Positions 9,819 through 20,700 of a stretch of 32,054 nt of DNA are shown piece by piece. Within the stretch, counting starts at the first letter, position 1; every line of letters starts with the position of its first letter. A program made the translations under genes and the position numbers. Where the stretch lies: NCBI GenBank assembly GCA_009859145.1, contig VRVR01000026.1, positions 218,381-250,434 of the forward strand, in the 5' to 3' direction. The notes under the pieces are model-generated. The model ran no database searches. It worked only from the letters and a program-made list of their open reading frames with translations, and was not told the DNA's origin. The DNA is from Andalucia godoyi And28. Lineage: Eukaryota; Protista; Jakobida.

Positions 9819-12473
9819 ATGACTCAAGATTCCGGATTCACGTGCCAAGTTTACATTGATGTGCATGCGGCGGTTCAGCATGTGATTCCGCATCCTGCAC
9901 CTCTCTCTCATCTGAGAATTGAAATGCGAATGTTCGGCCAGAGGCTCAAGTCTCCTCCGTATCCAGCTGTTGAAGTCCTGGAGTTTGTCGACACGGCAGG
10001 CTATGATTCCGCATCGTCGTCCTCGACTTCCCCGAATCATGGAGCAAATGCGAATGCGAACAATCACATCAATACTCTTGATACAAACAACCGCTCCCAT
10101 TCCACAAGCAGTGCTGCCGTTTCGCCCTATGCGGTGGGCCTGCTGGATTTTTCGTTCCAGGTTCCGTTCGCCGAAGCACGGACTCTTGAGGAATTTCGCA
10201 ACTTGTTGAAACAAGAAAGGCTTTACATTGAAGTGAAGCAATACATGGTTGACGAGGACTCTGGCGAAACCGAGTGCCTGTTGCTTGGAAAGTGGTTCCG
10301 AAATGCATTCGATATCGTGTACGCCTCAGACATGTCGGAGCGGCGGCATTCCAAGCATAGAATAGTACTCCAGCGATCCGATATTGAGCATCTTGGGTTT
10401 CCGGCGTGTAAGATGCTCGTATCGTTCACGTGCTTCTCGCTATTGACAGAGCCATCCGATAAGCTGCTGGCTCGCGCGCGCGAAGTGGATCTGGACATGG
10501 ATTCTGCAGAAACCGAGGATCCTCTCCCGGTTTCAGATCGGCTTCGAACTTCGCTTACCCCCGTCGACTTTGATTATCCACTGACTCGAGAGAACTCCGG
10601 AAAGGGCTCTGAACACCCGTTTCGAGCGTCAGACGGATCGTTCTTTGAATCGGGGGATATTTTCGTGCATCGTTCCGGCATGAACGGACAAGAAGTCCAG
10701 GGAGGACAGGACGAAGCCAGTACAGGAGAGGACGATGCGGAAAACGAAGACGATACGGAAGACGAAGAGGAAGACGAACTGAAAGGAGCACGCGAAAGCC
10801 CGCACGCAAATGGTTATGATGCGAAGTCCGATGACGATTCAGATTCGTACGAGTATGAAGATCTTCCACAGATATCCGATGCGATTCGCTCTTCATCATC
10901 GTCCCGCCCGTATTTGCGAGATCATCTGGATTTTACGGTGTCGTCTGCTGTACCAGCCAACGCATCCAAGACATCAAACCCTCAGCGCGCCTCTTCAACC
11001 GCTCGTTCACAGAGCTCGGAGGCACTGCAGAATTCTTCTCGTTCATCCACCCTTGCCAAGCACGAAGATTTTGAAATTTCTTTGCATCCCCATTCTTCGT
11101 CATCACGGCAGCATTCCAACAGCGGTGGCCTTACCAGCTCGAAGCCCTTCCCGCGAGACGGAGCATGGGCTGGCACTCTGGGATCTGTTGTCGCTTTTGA
11201 TGATTCGTTCCGCCCAGAGGATTTCGTAGTTGTTCACAATTCCAAGCATGGTATGGTGCCTGAACGAAGAAGGGAAAGTGCACGTATTGATATTCCTTCT
11301 CCGCAGCGTCCTGGATCAGATTCGCTTCGGCGCAAGGAACCATATTCAAACGTATCCAAGCCCAATGCTCGTGCCACCCGGCAACCTGGTCGCAAAGTTG
11401 CAGCACAGCATCAGGAAGCGGCCGGAGACCGAGTGCGGGCTGAAAAAGATTCCAAGAGACGTCCTTCGAGCGCACCTCGTCGCTCTCCTGCAAAGGAAAA
11501 GCAACTCCGACCTCAGTCTGCCAGAATTTCCCCGCAGAAACAGCCACAACATGCTGTGCATCCTCAGCCAACTCGCATTGAAGAACCGGTGAAACTGACG
11601 AGAGAAGTGTTCAAGCGGCTGACGGCCCCGAAGCAGCTTCCTCCGGCTCCTTTGGATCCAAACGTGTACCCAATCCCGAGAATATCCACTCCGCGAAAGA
11701 AGTCTTCCGTGAAATCCGCCGGTTCGCGAAGCGCATCGCCGACGAAGCCAGAAAGAAAACATGCTATTGTGTCGGACGTTTGTGATGCCCGGACGGGAGA
11801 AACGAAGGGCTCTGTTCCTCCACGAGCGCCGTGCTCGTCTGTCTCCAAACAGCGTCCACCTCAAGCTTCTCCTGTTCAATCACCTGTCCGCCGGCGAGCA
11901 TCTCCCCCTTCTGCAAGGCGGAAGAATGCCGCAGAGCAGAAGGACGCAGAAGAATTTCTGTTGGAAGTGAAGAAGAGAATTGACTCGTTCTTTGACGAGT
12001 ATGCATGGCACAAGTATCTGTCCTCGGCTGTACCAAAAATAAGCACAGAGTCCTCAGGTTCTTCGGCAGCGCAGCGAGTGGAAGTTCAAAATATTCCTGC
12101 GTCCGACCCGACGAATTCCGTGCGAGAAGCGTTGCTCGATATTTACGGAAGACCAGAGAAAGTTCCTGAAAAGACGTTCGAAGACATGCTTCGAGATGCG
12201 AAGAAGGCTTTCTGGATAGCCCAGACCGAGGCTGCTGTTGATTCTGCGGGTCGCAAAGTGTCTCAGCATAAGGAAACTCGACACGAGATGAACAACATTG
12301 GCGCTGCTTCAGGAGCTGTGTTCGCGCGATACGTGGATTACCTCACCGGGAGAAAGACTCCTGCGGGCAAGCAAAAGAGGGGAGTGAAGAAGCCTGTTAT
12401 CCCTGATGCAGACGGTCGTCGGAAGGAAGTTGACAAGACTGCTGCGAGGCTTCTGCGAAAGAAAAAGACATAA
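9819..12473 (+). CDS. Hypothetical protein, 884 aa, with an N-terminal SPATA6-like C2-type domain and a long disordered acidic/basic Ser-Pro-rich region
   Basis: VYIDVHA...LRIEMRMFGQRLKSPPYPAV...FQVPFAEARTLEEFRNLLKQERLYIEVKQ...LLGKWFRNAFDIVY follows the SPATA6 domain pattern as recalled. The coding call itself is secure; the domain call is tentative. Confidence 0.5.
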   Translation: MTQDSGFTCQVYIDVHAAVQHVIPHPAPLSHLRIEMRMFGQRLKSPPYPAVEVLEFVDTAGYDSASSSSTSPNHGANANANNHINTLDTNNRSHSTSSAAVSPYAVGLLDFSFQVPFAEARTLEEFRNLLKQERLYIEVKQYMVDEDSGETECLLLGKWFRNAFDIVYASDMSERRHSKHRIVLQRSDIEHLGFPACKMLVSFTCFSLLTEPSDKLLARAREVDLDMDSAETEDPLPVSDRLRTSLTPVDFDYPLTRENSGKGSEHPFRASDGSFFESGDIFVHRSGMNGQEVQGGQDEASTGEDDAENEDDTEDEEEDELKGARESPHANGYDAKSDDDSDSYEYEDLPQISDAIRSSSSSRPYLRDHLDFTVSSAVPANASKTSNPQRASSTARSQSSEALQNSSRSSTLAKHEDFEISLHPHSSSSRQHSNSGGLTSSKPFPRDGAWAGTLGSVVAFDDSFRPEDFVVVHNSKHGMVPERRRESARIDIPSPQRPGSDSLRRKEPYSNVSKPNARATRQPGRKVAAQHQEAAGDRVRAEKDSKRRPSSAPRRSPAKEKQLRPQSARISPQKQPQHAVHPQPTRIEEPVKLTREVFKRLTAPKQLPPAPLDPNVYPIPRISTPRKKSSVKSAGSRSASPTKPERKHAIVSDVCDARTGETKGSVPPRAPCSSVSKQRPPQASPVQSPVRRRASPPSARRKNAAEQKDAEEFLLEVKKRIDSFFDEYAWHKYLSSAVPKISTESSGSSAAQRVEVQNIPASDPTNSVREALLDIYGRPEKVPEKTFEDMLRDAKKAFWIAQTEAAVDSAGRKVSQHKETRHEMNNIGAASGAVFARYVDYLTGRKTPAGKQKRGVKKPVIPDADGRRKEVDKTAARLLRKKKT

Positions 12474-12475
12474 TT

Positions 12476-12606
12476 AGCACCCGTTGCCGCAACCACCCAA
12501 CTGCAAAAGAGAGGAGGGAAAAAAGATGTAAGTATTCTTGTCCGTGTTGCATCACCTCACATTCGTGACGTGGTGTCGATGCATTCGTCTTCTTCGAATT
12601 AACATT
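12476..12606 (+). pseudogene. Possible decayed Fanzor2 zinc-finger/RuvC-III relic
   Basis: Colinear fragments STRCRNH (12476-12496), QKRGGKK-V (12504-12530), CPCC (12539-12550), IRDV (12561-12572) and NI (12601-12606), versus CTRCGxIHxKLGGxKVFxCPxC...DRDVN...NI. Confidence 0.4.
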
Positions 12607-12832
12607 TAAAAAAGAAGAATATAAAAATACAGCCCACCAAAAAAGCCTTGGCAATTCCGACGTCCAAACGGGGGGCGAATGGGCCGGCGTGCAGCGTGCC
12701 CACTTCTTCGGGAAAGAGACCTTTACTGCAAATAATACTCGTATGTACAATATGAGCATTTATCATAGCACAGAGTCTGCGCCGGCCGACAACGGAGACA
12801 TGAAATAAGAATAGCTTATCAACTGCGGTTCA

Positions 12833-13732
12833 TCAGCTCTTTCTCAGTTGTTGCTCGTTCTCCATTTCTCGTTCCTTTGCATCCTTCAGCCTCTTTGTTC
12901 TTGCCTCCAGCTTTTCATGTTCCTCGATCTTTTCTTCCAGGATAGTGCGCACACGGTTCCAGTAGTTGATCTTCATTGCAAGACTCTGAGCTTTTGGCCA
13001 ATCTCGCACCTCCACAGCCTCGGCGCAATTCACGTACAGCTCCTCGATCTGAAACTCTACGCTGTTCTGCAGCTCGTGAAACTCCGCAGAGCCAACTCGC
13101 GAGACCGCTGCATTTTCCATGCAGTCCATCATTTCCATCAAAAAGTCCTGATCAAGGCTCCTGCCCATGGTCTCCTCTGACACCGCAGACCCGTTGATCA
13201 TAAGAAGATAGTGCATGCGTGACACTGGGTCTCGTAAGGCACCGTACGCCTCATTCACAAACGATGACGCTTGATTTGCATTCTCCAAATTAGTTTGTGA
13301 CGTCTTTGTCTCAGCACTCGAATGGCCACCACCACCACGACTACCACCTCCGGCAGCGGCTGCGGTGTGCTTATCCGGATGCAGGAGTCTCTGCATTCTC
13401 TTGAATGTCTTATCTAGCTCCGGGACATTTATCTTCAGCGTCTGCGGGATTGAAAACAGCGAAAAGTAGTCGATGGACGCCGGCGGACTTTGGACCGCAG
13501 AGCACGACGCACAAATCAGCTCATTTGGAAGAAGATAGGCCTTGCAATTCCAGCACATCCGGCTGATCGGAATCCTATGTGCACGAACATGCAATGTAGA
13601 ATGCATGCGAGCGAACACAGACGGTGTCTTCATCATCGAAAAGACACAACGCGAATCTTGCAGTGTTTTCCGGACAGAAGAAGCCATCACCATCCTCAGA
13701 GATCGTAGACACCACACATTACCACGAAACAT
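12833..13732 (-). CDS. HSCB: Fe-S cluster co-chaperone HscB/HSC20/Jac1, mitochondrial-type, 299 aa
   Basis: Presequence-like Arg/Ser-rich N-terminus from ATG 13732; CWNC...CASC zinc motif; J-domain DYFSLF...LQ/QRLLHPDK; SSFVNEAYGALRDPVSRMHYLL; DQDFLMEMM. Confidence 0.92.
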   Translation of the reverse strand: MFRGNVWCLRSLRMVMASSVRKTLQDSRCVFSMMKTPSVFARMHSTLHVRAHRIPISRMCWNCKAYLLPNELICASCSAVQSPPASIDYFSLFSIPQTLKINVPELDKTFKRMQRLLHPDKHTAAAAGGGSRGGGGHSSAETKTSQTNLENANQASSFVNEAYGALRDPVSRMHYLLMINGSAVSEETMGRSLDQDFLMEMMDCMENAAVSRVGSAEFHELQNSVEFQIEELYVNCAEAVEVRDWPKAQSLAMKINYWNRVRTILEEKIEEHEKLEARTKRLKDAKEREMENEQQLRKS

Positions 13733-13905
13733 GGCCACACAATCGAGAGTCGTCCGTATGTTGTAGTAGTACCACCGACCTGGAAAACCAAAAAACCTCA
13801 AAATTAAAAGTAAAAAAACCTCAGAAAACTCAAAAGAACATAAGACCAAAACGCAATTGAAAGCAAAGCCTTTTTTTCGATTCACGAAAGCCGAGGAATT
13901 CGAGC

Positions 13906-13989
13906 ATTTTCGCGCACCGTAGTCGCTGACTTGATGCTACAGGCACCTTGTGTTCCCGATCATTTGCTGTGTGCATCAATGATAACGAT
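13906..13989 (-). pseudogene. Possible decayed Fanzor2 C-terminal relic
   Basis: Minus strand reads IVIIDAHSK, then GGG AAC [AC] AAG GTG (GN-KV), TGT/GCA/TCA (C-A-S) and GAC TAC GGT GCG CGA AAA T (D-Y-G-A-R-K), versus VIVDEAYTSK, GNKVFxCxSC and RDxNGARN. Confidence 0.4.
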
Positions 13990-14203
13990 CATCTTGGGGA
14001 TTTGTTATGGCTATTCCATTGCCTTTATTCTTACATTAATTCTTTTTATATTAATTCTTTTGTGTGGTAGAGTGTATTGGTAAATCGCGACTGGGAGGCG
14101 CCGTCCAAGACAGAGAAGAAAAACCTTAAATCCAGAAATTAAAAAGGGGGGGAAAAAAAAGGAAAAAAAGGAAGGAAGAAAAAAGAAGGGAAAGAAAACA
14201 AGG

Positions 14204-15597
14204 ATGTCCCAACCTCGGCCTGCTCGAAGCATTCGGTTCAAGACGTTCTTGTATAACACGGTTTATGATGCGATGCGGTCTCGAGGCTGGAAAGAGACCG
14301 AGCAGTATGATTTCTTTGTTTTGTGCAAGATCTGCATGGATGATGTTTTTAGTTTTAGTTTTAGTTTTTGATCTGCAGTGTACTTACGTTTTCTTTTCTC
14401 TTTTTTTCTTTTGTTGATGACTTTGGTCGCAGTGAAACGGACTGGGATGTCGGCTGGATGGACGTCGGCTGGATGCGCGAGCAGTTTGACCATATTCACT
14501 TGCAAGAACATCAGAAAGTGAACCATTTTCGAAATCATTATGAACTGACGCGCAAGGATTTTCTTATCAAGAATGTGAAGCGCGCTCGGAAGCAGCTTGA
14601 AAAGGAAGACCGAGTGCAGGAAGCTGCAAAATACGACTTTGCTCCGCTCACGTTTGTTGTTCCCTCCGAATACAACCTCTTCGTCGAGGAGTTCAAGAGG
14701 TATCCTGGGGCATGGTGGATCATGAAGCCGGTTGGAAAATCGCAAGGAAAGGGAATTTTCCTGTTTAACAAGCTGTCGTCGATCTCGGATTGGAAGAACA
14801 ATCGATGGAGGGGTGACGCTGGCCAGTCTCCAGAGTCGTATGTGGTGCAGAAGTATGTGGATAGGCCGTATTTGGTTGGTGGCAAGAAGTTTGACTTGCG
14901 TCTCTATGCACTTGTCACATCGTACAGTCCTCTTACGGTCTGGATCTATCGAGCCGGATTCGCACGGTTTTCTCATCACCGGTTTTCAATGGAGTCTTCG
15001 GAAATGGACAATGCGTACATTCATTTGACCAATGCAGCAATTCAAAAGACCTCGGAGAAGCATGACAAGAACCTGGGATGCAAATGGAATTTGTCGAATC
15101 TCAAGCTGTTTATGATTTCCAAGCACGGAATGGAGGCGGTGAATAAGCTGTTTTCAGATATTCAGATGGTAATTCTCTTGTCGCTGTTTGCCGTCCAGAA
15201 GGTCATGATCAATGACAAGCATTGCTTTGAGCTCTATGGGTACGATATTCTCATCGACGAGGATCTCAAGCCGTGGTTGCTGGAAGTCAATGCAAGTCCG
15301 TCTCTTACTTCGGACACCGAAGACGATAAGAAGCTCAAGCACATGCTGCTGAATCACATGCTGGATGTCGTGGATGTCGAGAAGAAGCTGAAGGGTGATG
15401 AAACGCGCGTCGGCGGCTTTGACCTTGTCTATAAGAACGGTTTCATCAAGCAAGATCAAACGAACTTGCTGTCGTCATACCTCGGATGCTGGTTCAAACA
15501 TCCCCCACCGTTGCAGCTAACTCGCCTTGGTTCCGCAAAGCGAAAGCAAGAAGAGGAAGATGACGATTCCGACAGTGACTCGGACGAACCAATTTAA
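14204..15597 (+). CDS. TTLL9: Tubulin polyglutamylase TTLL9, join(14204..14304, 14433..15597), 421 aa
   Basis: Exon 1 MSQPRPARSIRFKTFLYNTVYDAMRSRGWKETE; exon 2 WDVGWMDVGWMREQFDH...NHFRNHYELTRKD, WIMKP..KSQGKGIF, KKFDLRLY, HLTNAAIQK, FELYGYDIL and WLLEVNASPSL. Confidence 0.92.
14305..14432 (+). other. Spliceosomal intron in TTLL9 (128 nt)
   Basis: GTATGA donor, T-rich body and CGCAG acceptor; phase-2 join gives ETE-H-ETDWD. Confidence 0.85.
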
Positions 15598-15607
15598 AGA
15601 GGAAGAA

Positions 15608-15670
15608 GGGGCAAATATGGTTTACCACTGAATGTACAGATCGATCGCACACCATAGCAATAACGCGAGA
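15608..15670 (+). pseudogene. Possible short Fanzor2 C-terminal relic
   Basis: GGG GCA AAT ATG GTT TAC CAC TGA (GANMVYH*) differs from GGNKVFHC mostly by single substitutions. It is followed by TGT (C), ATC GAT CGC (IDR) and AAT AAC GCG AGA (NNAR). Confidence 0.35.
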
Positions 15671-15840
15671 CAGCGTAAAGACAAAGAAATCCAAATCTGT
15701 TTCTAGAAAGCTGTGGCGAGGCCGGAAGAAAAGTGGGTGAAGGGGAGGGAGAAACGCCGCCCCCACACGCACGAAGGACAGCAGGCATGCGGTGCAAACC
15801 CAGAACTAGCGCAAAGAAAACCTGCAGAAGATGAGGCGAA

Positions 15841-18021
15841 TCACGAGGCAGACGGTGTAGGATGACTCAGTTTAGCAGACGGATCTTGAGACCTGGGAGT
15901 TCTCATGATTGCACTGGTTTCCCGAAGAGACATGCTCATTGCAGCCTGTTCATCCCGTCGCAACGACGACATCTCGTCCATGTAGTCTTCCATCTGGCCC
16001 CACTCTGGCTCTTCTCCGGGGGGCACAAGCTCCAGATACTCCACAGAGTGGATCTTCCGGTAGTTCACGACCAAGCGAGCTTCCGCAGGGCATAATTGGC
16101 GCGCAGCTTCAAAATCCTCGGCGGCAGCATCAAACTTTCCCAGAGTCTTTAAAACGAACGCTCGCCGGAAATACGCATACGCATTAAGAGGCTCGAGCTC
16201 AATGACACGGGTAAAATCTCTGTACGAGTCTTCGAGGCGGTGAACAACCTGCAATGCCTTTCCTCGTTCATGAACATATTTGGGGTTCTCGGGTTCCTTG
16301 TCGATCGCCTTTGTGAAGAAATCAACGCTTTCGGGATATTGGTTCAAGCGCGCACAACACAGTCCTGTGTGATAATAGCAATCGTGAATGAAGGCAGCAT
16401 AGGGGGCTTTCTTGATTGCGGCAAGAAAATCCGTCCGCGAGTCTTCGAAATTAGCCATCGCATATCTGACCAGTCCAAGATGGTACATTAGCTTTGCGTC
16501 GCCGGGCTGGACGTTCAGCGCCTTCAGCAGATCCTGCTCTGCAGTCTCGTAGTCACCGCAGTCAAAGAAGCATTGTGAGCGGTTGAAGAGATACTCAATA
16601 TTCCTGGAATCCATCTTGATCGATTCCGCAAACGCCTCATTCGCCTCTTCAAATCGTTGCATAAACCGCAAGCAAACGCCCTTTGCATTATAAATCGGTC
16701 CTGTGTTCTCCTGCTGGCCAGTGTCAGCAGCCATCTGTTCGCATTTCTTCAAGGAGACCTCGAAATCCTCGAGCGCTTTATCATAGTCTGCGAGCCACAG
16801 ATAGGACTTCCCACGGTAGTAATACGTCAGCGGAGACTTGTCGCCGCCTGGAAGTGAAATTGCCTGCGCAAAGTCCTCGATGGCCAGATCATAGTACAAG
16901 AGATCCTGGTACACAAGACCTCGAGACTCGAACACTCTTCGATCACCGTTATCCAGCTCAATTGTTCTGGAGAAGAATTCGAGGGCCCGAAACAAATCCG
17001 ACTTTGCATGAAGCATCAGACCCATATGGTAGAGAGAAGGAACAAAATTAGGATTGTGGCCCAACGCTGTCTGAAAGCACTGGATGGCCTGGTCAACCTT
17101 GCCCATTTCCTGGAATGTGACACCCCTGCAATGGTGGAAATTGGCATTTTCAGGTTCCCTACGCAACGCAACATCGAAATCTCTAAGCGATCCTTCAAAC
17201 TCCTTGTTTCCTCGAAGTGCATTTCCTCGGTTAAAATACACGTTTGCATCGTGTTCATCGAACGACAGAGCGCGATCATAGTCCTTCAAAGCATCTTCGA
17301 ACTTTCCCATTCTGTAGAACGCGAGCCCACGGTTGTTGTAATGAAGAGACATCTCCGGCGATAGCTCAATCGCCTGGCTGAACTTGTTCACAGCATCTTC
17401 AAACTGGCCTTGCTCAAAAAACGTAAGTCCTAGATTGTTGAGCGCTGCAGCGTGTCCCGGCTCAAGCTCAATTGCCTTTAGCAAATCTGCCGAAGACTCT
17501 GCAAAAAGCCCGATTTCTCGGTAGCAATTTCCTCTATGAAACAGAGGTTTGAACAAAAACTGCGGCGGCATAAGCTCGATTGCTCGCGTATGGTCTCGAA
17601 TCGCCGCGTCCAAGTCTGCCAGATCATAGTACGTAAGTGCTCTCTGGTAGTACAACCTGCCATTTCCATTTTCAAGCTCGATTGCCTTTTCAAAATCATG
17701 CAGCGATTCCTCAAACCGCTCCAGCAGGCGGAACACCGCTCCGCGCTGCGCAAAGTAAACGGACTGTGTGTTATCAAGTCGAATGGCCATTGTGTAGTCA
17801 AACAGACATCGCTGGAAATCTTCTTGTGTCCGATAGCAGTTTCCACGAGCAAAAAAGAACTTTCCGTTGCCTGGACGAAGCTGAATGGCTTTTGAAAATC
17901 CATCGATTGCCTGCAGAAGCTCTCCTCTTTTCAGTTGTTCATTCGCTTCCAAATAAACACGATTCGCCTCTTTTGCCCGCTCCTTGTCTTTCTGAGCTTG
18001 GACCAGCTTTGCCACATCCAT
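15841..18021 (-). CDS. Tetratricopeptide-repeat protein (~17-18 TPRs), 726 aa
   Basis: Continuous TPR consensus repeats (e.g. ALNNLGLTFFEQGQFEDAVNKFSQAIELSP). The likely start is ATG 18021; the upstream extension is translated microsatellite. Confidence 0.9.
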   Translation of the reverse strand: MDVAKLVQAQKDKERAKEANRVYLEANEQLKRGELLQAIDGFSKAIQLRPGNGKFFFARGNCYRTQEDFQRCLFDYTMAIRLDNTQSVYFAQRGAVFRLLERFEESLHDFEKAIELENGNGRLYYQRALTYYDLADLDAAIRDHTRAIELMPPQFLFKPLFHRGNCYREIGLFAESSADLLKAIELEPGHAAALNNLGLTFFEQGQFEDAVNKFSQAIELSPEMSLHYNNRGLAFYRMGKFEDALKDYDRALSFDEHDANVYFNRGNALRGNKEFEGSLRDFDVALRREPENANFHHCRGVTFQEMGKVDQAIQCFQTALGHNPNFVPSLYHMGLMLHAKSDLFRALEFFSRTIELDNGDRRVFESRGLVYQDLLYYDLAIEDFAQAISLPGGDKSPLTYYYRGKSYLWLADYDKALEDFEVSLKKCEQMAADTGQQENTGPIYNAKGVCLRFMQRFEEANEAFAESIKMDSRNIEYLFNRSQCFFDCGDYETAEQDLLKALNVQPGDAKLMYHLGLVRYAMANFEDSRTDFLAAIKKAPYAAFIHDCYYHTGLCCARLNQYPESVDFFTKAIDKEPENPKYVHERGKALQVVHRLEDSYRDFTRVIELEPLNAYAYFRRAFVLKTLGKFDAAAEDFEAARQLCPAEARLVVNYRKIHSVEYLELVPPGEEPEWGQMEDYMDEMSSLRRDEQAAMSMSLRETSAIMRTPRSQDPSAKLSHPTPSAS

Positions 18022-18040
18022 CGCTCGATCCACGCTACAA

Positions 18041-18100
18041 CACACACACACACACACACACAAAACACAAAAGACAAAACACAAAACACAAAACACAAAA
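18041..18100 (+). repeat. (CA)11 followed by degenerate (CACAAAA)n
   Basis: Direct reading of the sequence. Confidence 0.9.
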
Positions 18101-18279
18101 GTATTTAATTAAAAAATATCAAGAAAATCCACACGCAAAAAAGAAACCAGAAAGAAGTATGAACAATCGAACAATTACGATAGTATTCAAAAGACATTCG
18201 AAGAAGTACAATATTAATTTGCTGTCGTTTGTCTGATATCTGATGAAGAACGACCGACGAATCAACGGTTTCCTCACAT

Positions 18280-18313
18280 CTTGATGCTTGATGCTTGATG
18301 CTTGATGCTTGAT
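18280..18313 (+). repeat. (CTTGATG)~5 tandem repeat in the TPR/USP divergent intergenic region
   Basis: Direct reading of the sequence. Confidence 0.9.
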
Positions 18314-18634
18314 CACTTCTCTTGTATGGCTGAGTTGACAGCCGTCAACCTCGGACGAAAAATGGACTGTTTCTGTATTGATGCCCAGACCTCCACTCAA
18401 AAGTACTCATTTGATGGGTGTTCATGCTGATTTGAAAAGTCATTTTACTTCAAAAAATTTGTCCAAGGCGCAGCATGCGAGCCCAAATTCTTGGAGAGGT
18501 ATGCATTTGATGGTAGTATTTTACTTTACTTTATTTTGTTTCGTTGCTGTTGTTGCCATTAGTGTGATTGTTGCTGCAAGTAAACGTGAAGGGGGAGGGA
18601 AAACTTGGGATTGATAATATTGGTGGTGGTGAGA

Positions 18635-19362
18635 ATGTCGAAAATTGTGAGCTTTTCGGAGAGTGTACAGCACAAAGATGATATATCGTTGTTGGATACG
18701 GTTCAGTTTGGAAGTCTGTCGAAATCCGAGTTGATTTCTCTGTTTCGACATGCAAATTCCTCATTTTCGACTCTGTTTTCATGGGCGTCGCTTGCTTCTG
18801 CGCATTCTGCACATGCGGACCACATCAAAGCTGCTTCCTCGGCGACATCGACAAGTTCTGCTCGGAAAGGCCAGACTGCTTCTGACAGCGGCGGTTCGTA
18901 TGCCGAGGTTATGAAGGCGCTGAAGAGCGGTCTCTTGGCAATTTCAGGCGAGTTTGAGTCGAGGAGTTTCCGTTCCGCGGATTTTACGAGCCGGCACGCT
19001 GCGAGAGGGTTCACTAATCGCGGGAATGCATGCTATATGAACTCTGCGTTGCAGATTCTGGTTGGGATCCAGCCGTTTGTGGAGATTTTCAAGAACTTAC
19101 CGTACTACGCGGCAATTCCTAGCCGATCGCATCCGTACACGAGAACAGTCGCGCAGCTCATGGACCTTTTCCCGCCGATTGATGAGAACACAGTCAATGT
19201 CTCTTCTGCTATTACTCCAGTCATGTTTGTGGAGCTGTTTCAAGAAATAGGGCCAAAGTGCCAGTACTACTCGCTTGTCCATCATGTCCAGGAGGATGTC
19301 GTCGAATTTACATCGCACTTGCTCGATAAGCTGCATTGTGAATTGTCGCTTCAGAACGATAT

Positions 19363-19411
<49 letters not shown>

Positions 19412-20164
19412 GGCGGTGGCGTGCGCGGAAGTGGAGGTGGTAACGGCATTAGTAATATTGGCATAGGTCACGCGAGTAATGCAGGGAGGGAAGAACTTGG
19501 CATCGAGATTGAGACAACAGGCGGAGACGATGGATGGACGCAAATTGTCGGAAAGCGTAATCAAACTGTTTCGACCTCAACCAACGTTTCGTTTCGGGGA
19601 TCGTCGCCGATATCGTGCTTGTTTGCAGGATTGCAGCAGATTGTGCTATGGAAGCAGGGCGGAAACTCAGCTCAAACTCAGCCGTTCTACGTCCTTGGAC
19701 TGGACATTTCTTCCCCTGCAATTGAATCCGTCGAGGATGCACTTCGAAACTTGTGTTCCAAGCAATCGATTGAAGGGTTCAAGGAAAATGGACTGGAAAT
19801 CTCTTGCTCCCAACAGGTGCTGCTTGCACAGCTGCCGCCCGTCCTCTTTTTGCAGCTTCAGCGATTTTTGTATTGGGGAGAAGATGCCGAAAAGAACACC
19901 AAGTTTATCAGGTATCCTCATGTGCTGACAGTTCCTGCTCAGTGCACGCTTCCGACCGTGCCGATTTCAAGCAGAAGATACCGACTGCATGGCGTCATCA
20001 CGCATCTCGGGATGCAGGCCGCATCCGGACACTACATCGTTGATGTTCGATATGCGCATGATACATGGCTTTGCTTTGATGACCATCTTGCAACACAGGT
20101 TACAGCAGACGTCGTCCTCTCACGGAATGCTTATCAACTTGTGTATGTGCGAGATTCGGCTTGA
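18635..20164 (+). CDS. Ubiquitin-specific protease, USP10/Ubp3-like, 509 aa
   Basis: Cys box GFTNRGNACYMNSALQ, QEDVVEF, GWTQIVGKRN...SPISCLFAG, LPPVLFLQLQRF and His box ASGHY...WLCFDD. First ATG is 18635 (the ORF-track start is TTG). Confidence 0.88.
19363..19410 (+). repeat. (CAG)16 trinucleotide tract encoding poly-Ser within the USP catalytic domain insertion
   Basis: Direct reading; read in frame as AGC codons. Confidence 0.95.
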
Positions 20165-20379
20165 GAGAGTCAGTTGCATGCACATATTTGAACTCTTTTC
20201 CCCTGCCGTTAAGATGCTTTATTATTATTATTCTTTAATTATGCAGCAAAGTCAGACGATGCCAGTTTGGACAGAATGTAAAGAGAGCCTCATCACTACG
20301 CGCCTTTTGTAGTTCTGGTAATGGTGGGGGGCTTTCTTTGCATCCTAGGCATTCTGAGAAAGGATTGTCTCCCAACCTA

Positions 20380-20700
20380 CTAGGCGCGTGGAGAAGCGGA
20401 GCTCAAGGCTTCGCTGGCCGTTGCGGGGCTCGACTCAGGCGTCTTCAAGTAGTCGGATGCTTCAAAGTGGATCTTGTGAGGCTTCCCGTTCCAAAGAACC
20501 TTTGCGTCGAAGTGGTCGCCAACCTCGCTGTCCATCTTTCCTCGAAAACCAAGCATGGATTTGATCTGTTGGTCGCTCAAGTAGCTGGCCTTGGCATAGT
20601 TGAAGTGATTTCCCACCACATATCGCATTAAACTAGAAACTTGGTCAAAGTTCGGCGTCTCTCGACGTTCTTTTCTACCGTCAACAATAAGTGCGCCCAT
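20380..20700 (-). CDS. Small hypothetical protein, 106 aa
   Basis: ATG-initiated ORF with codon usage like neighbouring genes and AT-rich flanks; no family recognised. Confidence 0.5.
   Translation of the reverse strand: MGALIVDGRKERRETPNFDQVSSLMRYVVGNHFNYAKASYLSDQQIKSMLGFRGKMDSEVGDHFDAKVLWNGKPHKIHFEASDYLKTPESSPATASEALSSASPRA

Noticed and set aside
18280-18313. CTTGATG repeats as a CRISPR-like array
   Set aside because: Contiguous 7-mers with no spacers; no CRISPR array was seen anywhere in the window.
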